64,000 nt of DNA from an uncultured Clostridia bacterium (GTDB lineage Bacteria; Bacillota; Clostridia; Oscillospirales; Acutalibacteraceae), in contig CALCHE010000228.1 of NCBI GenBank assembly GCA_937901145.1, forward strand, positions 11,709-75,708, in the 5' to 3' direction. The translations under genes were made by a program, and so were the position numbers. The stretch's first letter is position 1, and every line of letters starts with the position of its first letter. Below, piece by piece: positions 25,579-33,991 of this stretch. The notes under the pieces were generated by a model that saw nothing but the letters and a program-made list of their open reading frames with translations, did no database searches and was not told the origin of the DNA.

Positions 25579-26958
25579 TTATCCTTCCTTTACTTCGTAT
25601 CCTTTGTTTTTTATTACATTTATTATTGAACAGACACATTCTTCACAGAGCTCTTTGCTTTCAGCTTCTGCCATAACACGTATAACAGGCTCTGTTCCCG
25701 ACTCTCTGACGAGAACTCTTCCCTTTGAGCTCAGCTTTTCTTCTGCCTGAGTTATAGCGTAAATTACATCTTTATCATATCTGACCGTCTTTTTGTCAGC
25801 TACCCGTATATTAACAAGAATCTGAGGATAGGGGGTAAAGCCTTCGAGAAGCTCGCTGAATTTCTTTTTTCGCGAAAGCATAACCTCCATCATTTTAAGG
25901 CTTGTAAGAATACCGTCACCTGTGGTAGCATATTTTGAAAAGATTATATGTCCCGACTGTTCTCCGCCGAACTTACAGCCGTTCTTTGACATATATTCAT
26001 AAACGAAGCGGTCGCCAACATCGGTTTTCGCATAGTCTATACCAAGGCCTTCAAAAGCTTTATAAAGACCGAAGTTTGACATAACAGTGGTCACAACCGT
26101 GCTGTTTGCGAAAAAGCCCATTTCTTTCATATACTTACCGAAGATATATAAAATTCCGTCTCCGTCGACTACATCACCGTTTTCGTCTACACAGATACAT
26201 CTGTCAGCATCACCGTCGAAGGCAAATCCTACATCAAGACCCTTTTCTCTGACGAGCTTCTGCAGCCCTTCAATATGAGTAGAGCCTGCATTTTTGTTTA
26301 TGTTTGTGCCGTCAGGCTCAGCGTTGATAACATAGGTTGTGGCACCGAGAGCATCGAAAACAGACTTAGCGATGTTCCAGGAGCTTCCGTTAGCACAGTC
26401 TAAGCCTACTTTGTATCCTCTGAAGGAATAAAGACCGAGAGAGATAAGATATCCGATATATCTGTTTCTGCCCGACACATAGTCTACTGTTTTGCCGATT
26501 TTCTCCTTAAGAGCAAAGGGAAGCTCAGTAAGTTCGAATTCACCGTCAATAAATTGCTCTATAATGTCGGTTACGCTTTCATCCATTTTTTCGCCCTTTG
26601 TGTTTATGAGCTTGATACCGTTATCATAGTAAGGATTATGACTCGCAGAAATCATAATACCGCAGTCAAAGGCGTCTATCTTGGTAATATAAGACACACA
26701 GGGGGTGGTAGTAACGTGCAGAAGATAAGCGTCTGCTCCTGAGGCGACCAATCCACCTACGAGAGCATATTCGAACATATAACTTGAACGGCGTGTGTCT
26801 TTACCGATTATTATTTTCACAGATTCGGTATTACCTGAGTTTGATTTTTCTTTGCCGTAGTACCAACCTAAAAATCTGCCGATTTTGTATGCGTGGTCAG
26901 CCGTGAGACTTACATTGGCTTCTCCTCTGAAACCGTCTGTGCCGAAGTATTTACCCAT
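25579..26958 (-). CDS. glmM: Phosphoglucosamine mutase
   Basis: 459 aa. Active-site SASHNPYYDNGIK. GFAFDGDADR. Confidence 0.96.
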   Translation of the reverse strand: MGKYFGTDGFRGEANVSLTADHAYKIGRFLGWYYGKEKSNSGNTESVKIIIGKDTRRSSYMFEYALVGGLVASGADAYLLHVTTTPCVSYITKIDAFDCGIMISASHNPYYDNGIKLINTKGEKMDESVTDIIEQFIDGEFELTELPFALKEKIGKTVDYVSGRNRYIGYLISLGLYSFRGYKVGLDCANGSSWNIAKSVFDALGATTYVINAEPDGTNINKNAGSTHIEGLQKLVREKGLDVGFAFDGDADRCICVDENGDVVDGDGILYIFGKYMKEMGFFANSTVVTTVMSNFGLYKAFEGLGIDYAKTDVGDRFVYEYMSKNGCKFGGEQSGHIIFSKYATTGDGILTSLKMMEVMLSRKKKFSELLEGFTPYPQILVNIRVADKKTVRYDKDVIYAITQAEEKLSSKGRVLVRESGTEPVIRVMAEAESKELCEECVCSIINVIKNKGYEVKEG

Positions 26959-26961
26959 TAC

Positions 26962-27621
26962 TTACCTCTTCTCTGTTATATTGTTTTCGTCTTTGTAAAT
27001 AGAGTTTTCTTTTACAAAGCCTCTGACGCGTGAAAGGGGATAGATGATTGTATTTTTACCGATTACCGTACCGGGGTTAAGGACACTGTTGCAGCCTATC
27101 TCGACACCGTCACCTACCATTGCACCGAATTTCCTGAGTCCGGTTTCTATTATTTCGTCAGCTTTTTTTATTTTGACAGGACTTTTATCTGATTTGATAT
27201 TTGACGTAACGGCACCTGCTCCTAAATGTGATTTGTATCCGAGGATACTGTCACCTATATAATTATAGTGGGGGATCTGAACCTTGTCGAATATGATAGC
27301 ATTTTTTATTTCGGTCGAATTGCCTACAACACAGTCTTCGCCGATCAGAGCTGAACCTCTGATGAAAGCGCAGTGCCTTATTTCAGTATTTTTTCCGATA
27401 ATACAGGGAGAGCCTATGAAAGCTGTAGGTGCCACCCTGGCATTCTTATGAACCCATATTTCAGGTGCAATTTCCGTATATTCGGATTCATTAAGATTTT
27501 TCCCTGCTTCTTTAATAAAACTGCTGATTTCTTTGAGTGCCTGCCACGGATATTCATAGGAAGCAAGATAATCTTTGGCTAATGTATGCTTAAGAGAAAA
27601 AAGCGCATCTGTTTTAATCAC
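26962..27621 (-). CDS. Left-handed beta-helix (hexapeptide-repeat) acetyltransferase, GlmU C-terminal-domain-like
   Basis: 219 aa, GTG start 5 nt after AGAGGTG. Imperfect hexapeptide repeats throughout. Lies 3 nt upstream of glmM. No nucleotidyltransferase domain. Confidence 0.75.
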   Translation of the reverse strand: MIKTDALFSLKHTLAKDYLASYEYPWQALKEISSFIKEAGKNLNESEYTEIAPEIWVHKNARVAPTAFIGSPCIIGKNTEIRHCAFIRGSALIGEDCVVGNSTEIKNAIIFDKVQIPHYNYIGDSILGYKSHLGAGAVTSNIKSDKSPVKIKKADEIIETGLRKFGAMVGDGVEIGCNSVLNPGTVIGKNTIIYPLSRVRGFVKENSIYKDENNITEKR

Positions 27622-27837
27622 ATTATCACCTCTTGATTATATTATACTGTACAATGCAGTTATAATATAAATAAATTGTGAATATAATCGGAGAAATATT
27701 TTTGTCAGTTTATATATTTTATACAAAACAGAGCCTGTTATGAAATGCTACAACAACTAAATAAGGCTGAAATAAAAGGTGAGAACACTATTTCGTTGTG
27801 CATAATATACAAAATAAAATAAATATGTGAAAAACTA

Positions 27838-27866
27838 TTGACAGATAAATGTAATTTATGTATAAT
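27838..27866 (+). promoter_or_regulatory. Consensus sigma-A-type promoter driving a non-coding unit
   Basis: TTGACA (27838-27843), 17-nt spacer, TATAAT (27861-27866) with TG immediately upstream. Confidence 0.6.
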
Positions 27867-27872
27867 TAAGAC

Positions 27873-28445
27873 ACAATCAAACAAGAGATTGAAACTAAAA
27901 GAAAGAGGTGTTACCGATGTACTGTTTAATGTAAACTGTACAGTCTGATAAGAAATCTTGAATTTGATAATCTTACGGGGCTGACCGAAAATAAAGGATT
28001 GAATAAATACCTGAAAATAATATAATTTTACAAAAGGGTCAGATATTCCGTTGATAATAAAGTAAATTACCTTTCTGCAGACACTAAGTGCAGAGGATTT
28101 AGGAATATATTATCGATTGTTCAGTAAATTTTGTGTTTTAAAGGTAATGTGCAGAGGAACATAACTTTAAAACAGGAGAAAGTGCCTTTGTGTGAAGAAA
28201 CAACGGCTGATGAAGAAAATAAAGAAAGTATCTCTCAGCATTATACGTTTTCTATGATTCGGATTTATTATTTGCATCTGAAAAGTAAAGAGGGATAAGT
28301 AAAAGGCGCAGAGGAGCCCTTATCCGAAAGTGTTTTTAAAGTGACTTTTAGTGCGAATAAGGAGATACTTAAAGAGTAAGAAAACAGAATAAAAACATTA
28401 TGAAAGTTCAGTCTCCGGCAGAGAATACTCTGTCGGAGATTTTTA
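27873..28445 (+). ncRNA. Candidate large structured non-coding RNA (about 570 nt), class unknown
   Basis: Bounded by a consensus promoter and a 12-bp-stem terminator. No ORF of 60 aa or more in any frame. Several hairpins, three of which show the identical loop GCAGAGGA. The ends are estimates. Confidence 0.45.
28412..28445 (+). terminator. Intrinsic terminator of the non-coding unit
   Basis: TCTCCGGCAGAG-aata-CTCTGTCGGAGA followed by TTTTT. Confidence 0.85.
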
Positions 28446-28479
28446 TATGTGTCTAAAGAATAAATTTATCGTCTTGTAC

Positions 28480-28508
28480 TTGAAATATCCTTTCTGTTGA
28501 TATATAAT
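28480..28508 (+). promoter_or_regulatory. Promoter of the queT leader
   Basis: TTGAAA (28480-28485), 17-nt spacer, TATAAT (28503-28508). Confidence 0.55.
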
Positions 28509-28523
28509 ACTTATTATGTTTAT

Positions 28524-28598
28524 GCGGTCAGTTCGAAACCTTCCTGACCTAAACCGACGGAAGTATCCCGGTTTAAAATCAAAACTAAAGGAGCTTAA
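28524..28598 (+). promoter_or_regulatory. Probable preQ1 riboswitch (class not resolved)
   Basis: Directly upstream of queT. Hairpin GGTCAG-ttcgaaaccttc-CTGACC. Its loop CTTCC can pair with GGAAG (28559-28563) inside a second hairpin AAACCG-N12-CGGTTT (pseudoknot). An A-rich tail AAAATCAAAACTAAAGGAG runs into the SD. Confidence 0.6.
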
Positions 28599-28601
28599 AA
28601 A

Positions 28602-29135
28602 ATGAATATGTCAAAAAGAATTCACCGACTTGTCCTGTCGGGAGTTATCGCTGCTTTGTATGTAGCACTCACTCTTGTTCAGGAAATGATTTTTCCTACC
28701 AGTGCCACTATGGCTGTACAGTTCCGTGTTTCGGAAGCACTTACGGTGCTGTCCCTGTTTACACCGGCAGCTATACCCGGTCTTACGGTTGGCTGTTTTA
28801 TAGCCAATTTCTCTGTGCTCGGAGCGTTGCCTACTGATATAGTTCTCGGCTCGTTGGCATCTTTTTTAGCGTGTCTTTTTATGTACAGGTTAAGGAATTT
28901 TACTGTGAAGGGATTTCCTTTTTTATCTTTGCTTATGCCTGCACTTTTTAACGGAATTATTATCGGTGCAGAAATCGAGATTTTCTTTATTGAAGGACCC
29001 TTTAATTTCGTCAGCTTTCTTATCCAGGCAGGCCTTGTAGCCTTAGGAGAGTTAGGCGTACTTTACACTCTTGGTGCCGCTCTGGTCAGAGTAATAAAGG
29101 ATAAAAAGCTCGGCAGGTATCTTAACGGTGTTTAA
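28602..29135 (+). CDS. queT: Queuosine-precursor transporter QueT
   Basis: 177 aa, 5-6 TM, QueT-like N-terminus (RLVLSGVIAALYVALTLV..., RVSEALTVL). RBS AAAGGAG 8 nt upstream. Confidence 0.85.
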   Translation: MNMSKRIHRLVLSGVIAALYVALTLVQEMIFPTSATMAVQFRVSEALTVLSLFTPAAIPGLTVGCFIANFSVLGALPTDIVLGSLASFLACLFMYRLRNFTVKGFPFLSLLMPALFNGIIIGAEIEIFFIEGPFNFVSFLIQAGLVALGELGVLYTLGAALVRVIKDKKLGRYLNGV

Positions 29136-29173
29136 TATAAAATTTTAATATAAAAATCAAGGAGGAAAAACTA

Positions 29174-30682
29174 ATGGAAAACAAGCTTTCCAAAAGAACA
29201 TGGCTGAACATCATTGTTTTCAGCTTTATGGGCGGTATTGCATGGAATCTCGAAAACATGTACTTCAATACCTTTCTGTTCGATTCTGTCTATGACGGTG
29301 TGTCAAAGGCCAAACTCGAAGAATGGGGTATTATGGCTCCCACTACAGCAATCAGCCGAATGGTTGCGCTTTCAGCTATCACTGCTGTTGTTACCACATT
29401 TATTATGGGTACTCTCAGTGAAAAAATGAAAAAACGTAAGGTGTTCATCTCTGTCGGCTACATTGTATGGGGTGTAATTACTGCTTCTTTCGGATTTATT
29501 TCTAAAGAGAATATCGCGTCTCTGTTCGGTCTTACAGACGATGCAAAAATTCTTCTTTTCACAGTATGGGCAGTTATTCTTATGGATATGGTTATGACCT
29601 TTATGGGTTCTACAAGTAACGACTCGGCCTTTAATGCCTGGACAACAGACGTTACAAATCCTGTGGTCAGACCTACAGTTGAAACTGTTCTCCTTTTTGT
29701 CGGACTTTTTGCTATGCTCGCTGTTATGGGTGTGGGCAGTCTTTGTCAGGCTGATGTAGTATCTTATCAGGTATTCTTCCTCGCTCTGGGTATTATAGTG
29801 AGCCTTAGCGGTGTTTTTGGCTTATTTGCGCTTAAAGATCCTGAAATCAAGGGTGAAAAGACAAACTCAAATTATTGGAGAGATCTTTTCTACGGCTTCA
29901 GACCTTCTGTAGTCAAGGAAAACTCCATGCTTTATCTTGCTCTCGTAGCTATCTGTATCTATAATATCGCCATTCAGGTTTTCTTCCCGTACCTGTTTGT
30001 TTATCTCGGAAGTGTAATTATTCCCGGTGCTGTATTTGATGTCAAAACAATCATCGTAGCTGTTCTTGCAGTTGCAGGACTTGCTGCAGGTGTGATTCTT
30101 CTCCTCAAAGCATCCGGTAAGGATAAGGTAAAGGCATATATTATTACTATTGTGCTCTTTATTGCAGGTCTTTCAGTTCTTTCCACATCCACAAATATTG
30201 CTGTTGTTCTCATCGGTATTGCACCCACACTCATCGGTTATGTAGTTCTTCAGATTCAGCTCAATGCATCTGTACGTGACTATATTCCTGAGGATAAGGT
30301 TGGTCTTTTCCAGGGTATAAGAATGATTTTCTTCGTACTTATTCCTATGGTTGTAGGTCCTTGGCTCGGTGATATAGCTTGCCGTACATCAAACTTTACT
30401 ATTATCGAATACGGTGAGGAGAAACTCGTACCCTCTACAAGTATGTTCTTCTATGCAGCTGTTGTTGCTCTTCTCATTTTTGTACCTCTTTACCTTCTTA
30501 TGGGAAAGGATAAGAATGGTTCTAAAGACAATAAAGGTAAGTTCATTCCCGCTATCATTGTTGCAGTTATAACTGTAATTGTTGCCGCAGTTGTTGTGAA
30601 TCTTCTCGGTAACAGCGGAGCGACTCCTACTGATCTTGCTCCCGGTGATATAGTCGAAACCACGGCCGCATTACTCCAGTAA
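29174..30682 (+). CDS. MFS-type transporter (about 12 TM), substrate unknown
   Basis: 502 aa, hydrophobic throughout. RBS AAGGAGG. Only 38 nt after queT with no terminator between them. Confidence 0.8.
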   Translation: MENKLSKRTWLNIIVFSFMGGIAWNLENMYFNTFLFDSVYDGVSKAKLEEWGIMAPTTAISRMVALSAITAVVTTFIMGTLSEKMKKRKVFISVGYIVWGVITASFGFISKENIASLFGLTDDAKILLFTVWAVILMDMVMTFMGSTSNDSAFNAWTTDVTNPVVRPTVETVLLFVGLFAMLAVMGVGSLCQADVVSYQVFFLALGIIVSLSGVFGLFALKDPEIKGEKTNSNYWRDLFYGFRPSVVKENSMLYLALVAICIYNIAIQVFFPYLFVYLGSVIIPGAVFDVKTIIVAVLAVAGLAAGVILLLKASGKDKVKAYIITIVLFIAGLSVLSTSTNIAVVLIGIAPTLIGYVVLQIQLNASVRDYIPEDKVGLFQGIRMIFFVLIPMVVGPWLGDIACRTSNFTIIEYGEEKLVPSTSMFFYAAVVALLIFVPLYLLMGKDKNGSKDNKGKFIPAIIVAVITVIVAAVVVNLLGNSGATPTDLAPGDIVETTAALLQ

Positions 30683-30690
30683 AAAATTTA

Positions 30691-30728
30691 AAGCAGTTAA
30701 GTTTGAGTCTTAACTGCTTAATTTTTTT
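30691..30728 (+). terminator. Intrinsic terminator
   Basis: AAGCAGTTAAG-tttgagt-CTTAACTGCTT followed by AATTTTTTT. Confidence 0.85.
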
Positions 30729-30825
30729 CTGTTATTTTCACATTCATATTACCACAAAATCCGAAAAAAATCAAGACTTGAATTTTATCTTGTTTTATGT
30801 TATTAGGATATATGAGGTGATTTTT

Positions 30826-31293
30826 ATGAGAAAAAATACAACAGTGATAGCAGAGTTCTTTGAAAGTACTGCTATAGAAAATGCACTGAAGCTCGGAATA
30901 AGAAATCTTCTGATTTTCGGTGACGAAACATACTGTAAAAAGTATGAAAATGTGACGTTGTATGTTTCTGAAAAATATGTTGATTTTCTTAGTGTGTTTA
31001 AAGAAAAAGGGATAAATTTAAGCTTGAGCGAACCGCTGCTGTGTAGCTTTTTACACTGCGATTTTTCTGTGGAAAAAGTATATTCTGTTCTTGAACAGCT
31101 GAAAAAATTTCCTGAAGGAACGACGGTTATTTTTACACACTGTAATGATATGTATGATACGGAGAAAAAGATAGGCGACTGTTTTTTTCGTACCGTAGAG
31201 CATTTTTCATTGGATAAGGTAGCTCACGCTCTAGTGAAAAAAGATGAGAAGTTCGGAGAAAATAACTGTTACTGTCTCTGTGTAAGAAAATGA
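30826..31293 (+). CDS. Hypothetical protein (155 aa)
   Basis: Start moved to the ATG after GAGGTG. The upstream track codons cover the terminator. No family recognised. Confidence 0.6.
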   Translation: MRKNTTVIAEFFESTAIENALKLGIRNLLIFGDETYCKKYENVTLYVSEKYVDFLSVFKEKGINLSLSEPLLCSFLHCDFSVEKVYSVLEQLKKFPEGTTVIFTHCNDMYDTEKKIGDCFFRTVEHFSLDKVAHALVKKDEKFGENNCYCLCVRK

Positions 31294-31300
31294 AAAAAGA

Positions 31301-31333
31301 GCAACCGTCGAAAAAGACGGTTGCAATATTTTG
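31301..31333. terminator. Bidirectional terminator between convergent genes
   Basis: GCAACCGTC-gaaaaa-GACGGTTGC, flanked by an A-run upstream and T-rich sequence downstream. Confidence 0.7.
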
Positions 31334-31340
31334 TCGATAA

Positions 31341-32015
31341 TCAGTCGAGAATGTAGAGTCCTGATTTAAGCCACACGAATTCTCTGCCCATTACATTGAT
31401 GTACTTATATACCTTTTCGTTGAAAACTCTGTAATCTCTTACGGAGTTTGTCTGAATGTTAAGAGTGCGGATTTTTTTAGATGCCTGGTTGCTGATGTAA
31501 AGGGTGTTGCCCTGAAGAGAAACAGCACAGGGGCTCTCAAAAGCTGTGGCATCTCCGCCACCTACTCTGAGAAGTATTCTGCCTTCGCGGGGAGAATATT
31601 TGATTATTGCATTTTCTGCAGGGACCGCGCACCACACATAAGCACCGTCGACAGCGATATCACATACGGGAGAACCGTGGTAGGTGAGGAGAGAGGACAC
31701 ATTGAGCGAACCGTCAGTGTTAAAAATGTTGTATTCACCGTTAGGGAATATTGCCATAATTCTGCCGTCACCGAGAACACCTACATCGCAGGAAACATAA
31801 TCACCTAACTGCTGTGCGATTTCCTCGTATTCGTAGCCGAATTTTACTTTAAGAAAGACAGATTTTTTTATATGAGTGAATTTATCGTTAATGGCATCAT
31901 AGCCGTAAAAGTTTGCTTTGAGCTTGCCGTCATCGGTGTAGCTTTTTGTAGCAAAAACAAAACCGTTTTTGAAGGGAGTAATATTTAAAATTTCGCCTGA
32001 AAAAACTATTTCCAT
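31341..32015 (-). CDS. Hypothetical protein, possibly beta-propeller/NHL-like repeats
   Basis: Start moved to MEIVFSGEIL after AAAGGAAAAA. Repetitive beta-strand-like segments. No firm family. Confidence 0.6.
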   Translation of the reverse strand: MEIVFSGEILNITPFKNGFVFATKSYTDDGKLKANFYGYDAINDKFTHIKKSVFLKVKFGYEYEEIAQQLGDYVSCDVGVLGDGRIMAIFPNGEYNIFNTDGSLNVSSLLTYHGSPVCDIAVDGAYVWCAVPAENAIIKYSPREGRILLRVGGGDATAFESPCAVSLQGNTLYISNQASKKIRTLNIQTNSVRDYRVFNEKVYKYINVMGREFVWLKSGLYILD

Positions 32016-32195
32016 TTTATTTTTCCTTTCTTTGACAGGGCAATACATTATACCCCAACATAATCTATTCTATATAATACAATAGATTTGTCTACAGGTC
32101 AAGACTGAAATACAACAATATTTTAATTAACGTTGCTGAATTTTTTGGTTAAAGTAAAATATTTGTGAGTGGGGGTAAAAAACTCCTGTTTAATG

Positions 32196-32224
32196 TTGAC
32201 AAAACAACTGTTTTCAAGTACAAT
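32196..32224 (+). promoter_or_regulatory. Promoter of the glpK leader
   Basis: TTGACA (32196-32201), 17-nt spacer, TACAAT (32219-32224). Implies a 5' UTR of about 175 nt. Confidence 0.55.
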
Positions 32225-32319
32225 GTATGTGTAAATTTGAAGACACGTTTATTCGGAGAATTGTATATGTGTTTTCGGAATATTAATTGTTATGAGATAT
32301 GATTCTATGGAGATGAGAG

Positions 32320-32372
32320 AATAGATTGAATATCCCGTCCGTGGGTTAAGTGTATCTATTTTTTCGTTTTTC
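32320..32372 (+). terminator. Possible leader terminator/attenuator upstream of glpK
   Basis: AATAGAT (32320-32326) pairs with ATCTATT (32354-32360), with inner CCC/GGG pairing, followed by TTTTTCGTTTTTCTTTTT. The stem is weak and AT-rich. Confidence 0.3.
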
Positions 32373-32407
32373 TTTTTATATCCCGTAGCAAAGGAGGAAA
32401 AGAAAAT

Positions 32408-33922
32408 ATGAGTGAAAAATTAATTCTGTCCCTTGACCAGGGTACCACAAGTTCAAGAGCTATCGTTTTTGACAAAAAAGGTAACATCATCGCTAAAGCT
32501 CAGAATGAGTTTGAGCAGATTTATCCTAAGGCAGGCTGGGTTGAGCACGATCCGCTTAATATTCTTTACAGTCAGTTCAATTCCATTACTACCGTTCTTC
32601 GTTCAGGTAAGTTCTCTGCATCAGATATCGCAGGTATCGGTATCACAAATCAGAGAGAAACCACCATTCTGTGGGACAGAAGCACAGGTAAGCCTGTTTA
32701 CAATGCTATCGTTTGGCAGTGCAGAAGAACTGCTGATATGTGCGAAAAAATCAAAGAGGACAAAGAACTCTGTGATTATATCACTGAGCATACAGGACTT
32801 ATCGTGGATGCTTATTTCTCCGCCACAAAGATTAAATGGATTTTAGACAATGTTCCCGGTGTAAAGGCTCTTGCTGAGGCAGGACAGCTTCTTTTCGGTA
32901 CTGTTGAAACCTGGCTTATATGGAATCTTTCAGGCGGTAAAACTCACGTAACCGACTATTCGAATGCATCAAGAACAATGCTCTTTGATGTTGATAAGCT
33001 TTGCTGGGACGAATATCTCTGTGAAAAATTGGGCGTTCCCATGAACATCCTTCCCAAGCCTGTTCCTTCGAGTGAAATTTACGGTCAGGTTGCAAGTAAC
33101 ATCATCGGTATCGAAGAGCTTGCAGGTGTTCCTATCTGCGGTGCTATCGGTGACCAACCCTCAGCACTTTTCGGACAGGCATGCTTTAAGCCCGGTATGT
33201 CAAAGAATACCTACGGTACAGGCTGTTTCCTTCTTATGAACACAGGTAATAAACGTGTAGTATCTAAAAATAATCTTCTTACAGGTGTCGCATGGAGCTA
33301 TAACGGCGAAACTACATATTCTATCGAAGGCAGTGCCTTCAATGCAGGTTCGGTTATCAAATGGCTCCGTGATGAGGTTCAGCTTATTGACAGTCCGAAA
33401 AGATGTGACGAGCTCGCTGAAAGTGTTCCCGATGCTAACGGATGCTATCTTGTTCCCGCATTTACAGGTCTCGGTGCTCCTTACTGGGATATGTACGCCC
33501 GCGGATGCATCGTAGGTCTTACCAGAGGTGTAAACAGAAAGCATATAGCACGTGCCGTTCTCGAATCAATCACTTATCAGATGACTGACCTTCTCGAGGC
33601 TATGAAGGATGATTCAGGCATTGATATTTCCGAGCTTCGTGTAGACGGTGGCGCCAGCGTAAGTAACATCATGATGCAGATTCAGGCCAATATGGCACAG
33701 ACTAAGGTTGACCGTCCGAAGACTGTAGAAACCACAGCGCTCGGTGCAGCATATCTCGCCGGTCTGGCTGTAGGCGTATGGGACAGCCTCGAAGATATCG
33801 AAGTAAACAGAGAGGTTGACCGTATATTTACTCCCGAAATGGATATGGACGAAAGAAACAGACTCTATGCGGGCTGGAAAAAGGCTGTAACCAGAGCTAT
33901 GGACTGGGAAGAAAAAGAATAA
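32408..33922 (+). CDS. glpK: Glycerol kinase
   Basis: 504 aa. LSLDQGTTSSRAIVFD, GITNQRETT, FGTVETWLIWNL. Confidence 0.97.
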   Translation: MSEKLILSLDQGTTSSRAIVFDKKGNIIAKAQNEFEQIYPKAGWVEHDPLNILYSQFNSITTVLRSGKFSASDIAGIGITNQRETTILWDRSTGKPVYNAIVWQCRRTADMCEKIKEDKELCDYITEHTGLIVDAYFSATKIKWILDNVPGVKALAEAGQLLFGTVETWLIWNLSGGKTHVTDYSNASRTMLFDVDKLCWDEYLCEKLGVPMNILPKPVPSSEIYGQVASNIIGIEELAGVPICGAIGDQPSALFGQACFKPGMSKNTYGTGCFLLMNTGNKRVVSKNNLLTGVAWSYNGETTYSIEGSAFNAGSVIKWLRDEVQLIDSPKRCDELAESVPDANGCYLVPAFTGLGAPYWDMYARGCIVGLTRGVNRKHIARAVLESITYQMTDLLEAMKDDSGIDISELRVDGGASVSNIMMQIQANMAQTKVDRPKTVETTALGAAYLAGLAVGVWDSLEDIEVNREVDRIFTPEMDMDERNRLYAGWKKAVTRAMDWEEKE

Positions 33923-33991
33923 ACAGTAATTTAAGCGTTAATGCTTGAATATAGAAAAGAAAATAATTTTAAATAATAGGAGTGGACTAAA

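Noticed and set aside
28182-28298. 38-aa GTG ORF (VPLCEETTADEENKESISQHYTFSMIRIYYLHLKSKEG) inside the candidate ncRNA.
   Set aside because: Its AGGAG is only 3 nt from the GTG. It shows no resemblance to the P1-P4 family. The ORF runs through two of the GCAGAGGA hairpins. It remains a caveat rather than a call, and Ribo-seq would settle it.
28526-28549. GTTCGAAAC within a hairpin, resembling a tRNA T-arm.
   Set aside because: No acceptor, D or anticodon arms can be built around it. It is the loop of the first hairpin of the queT leader.
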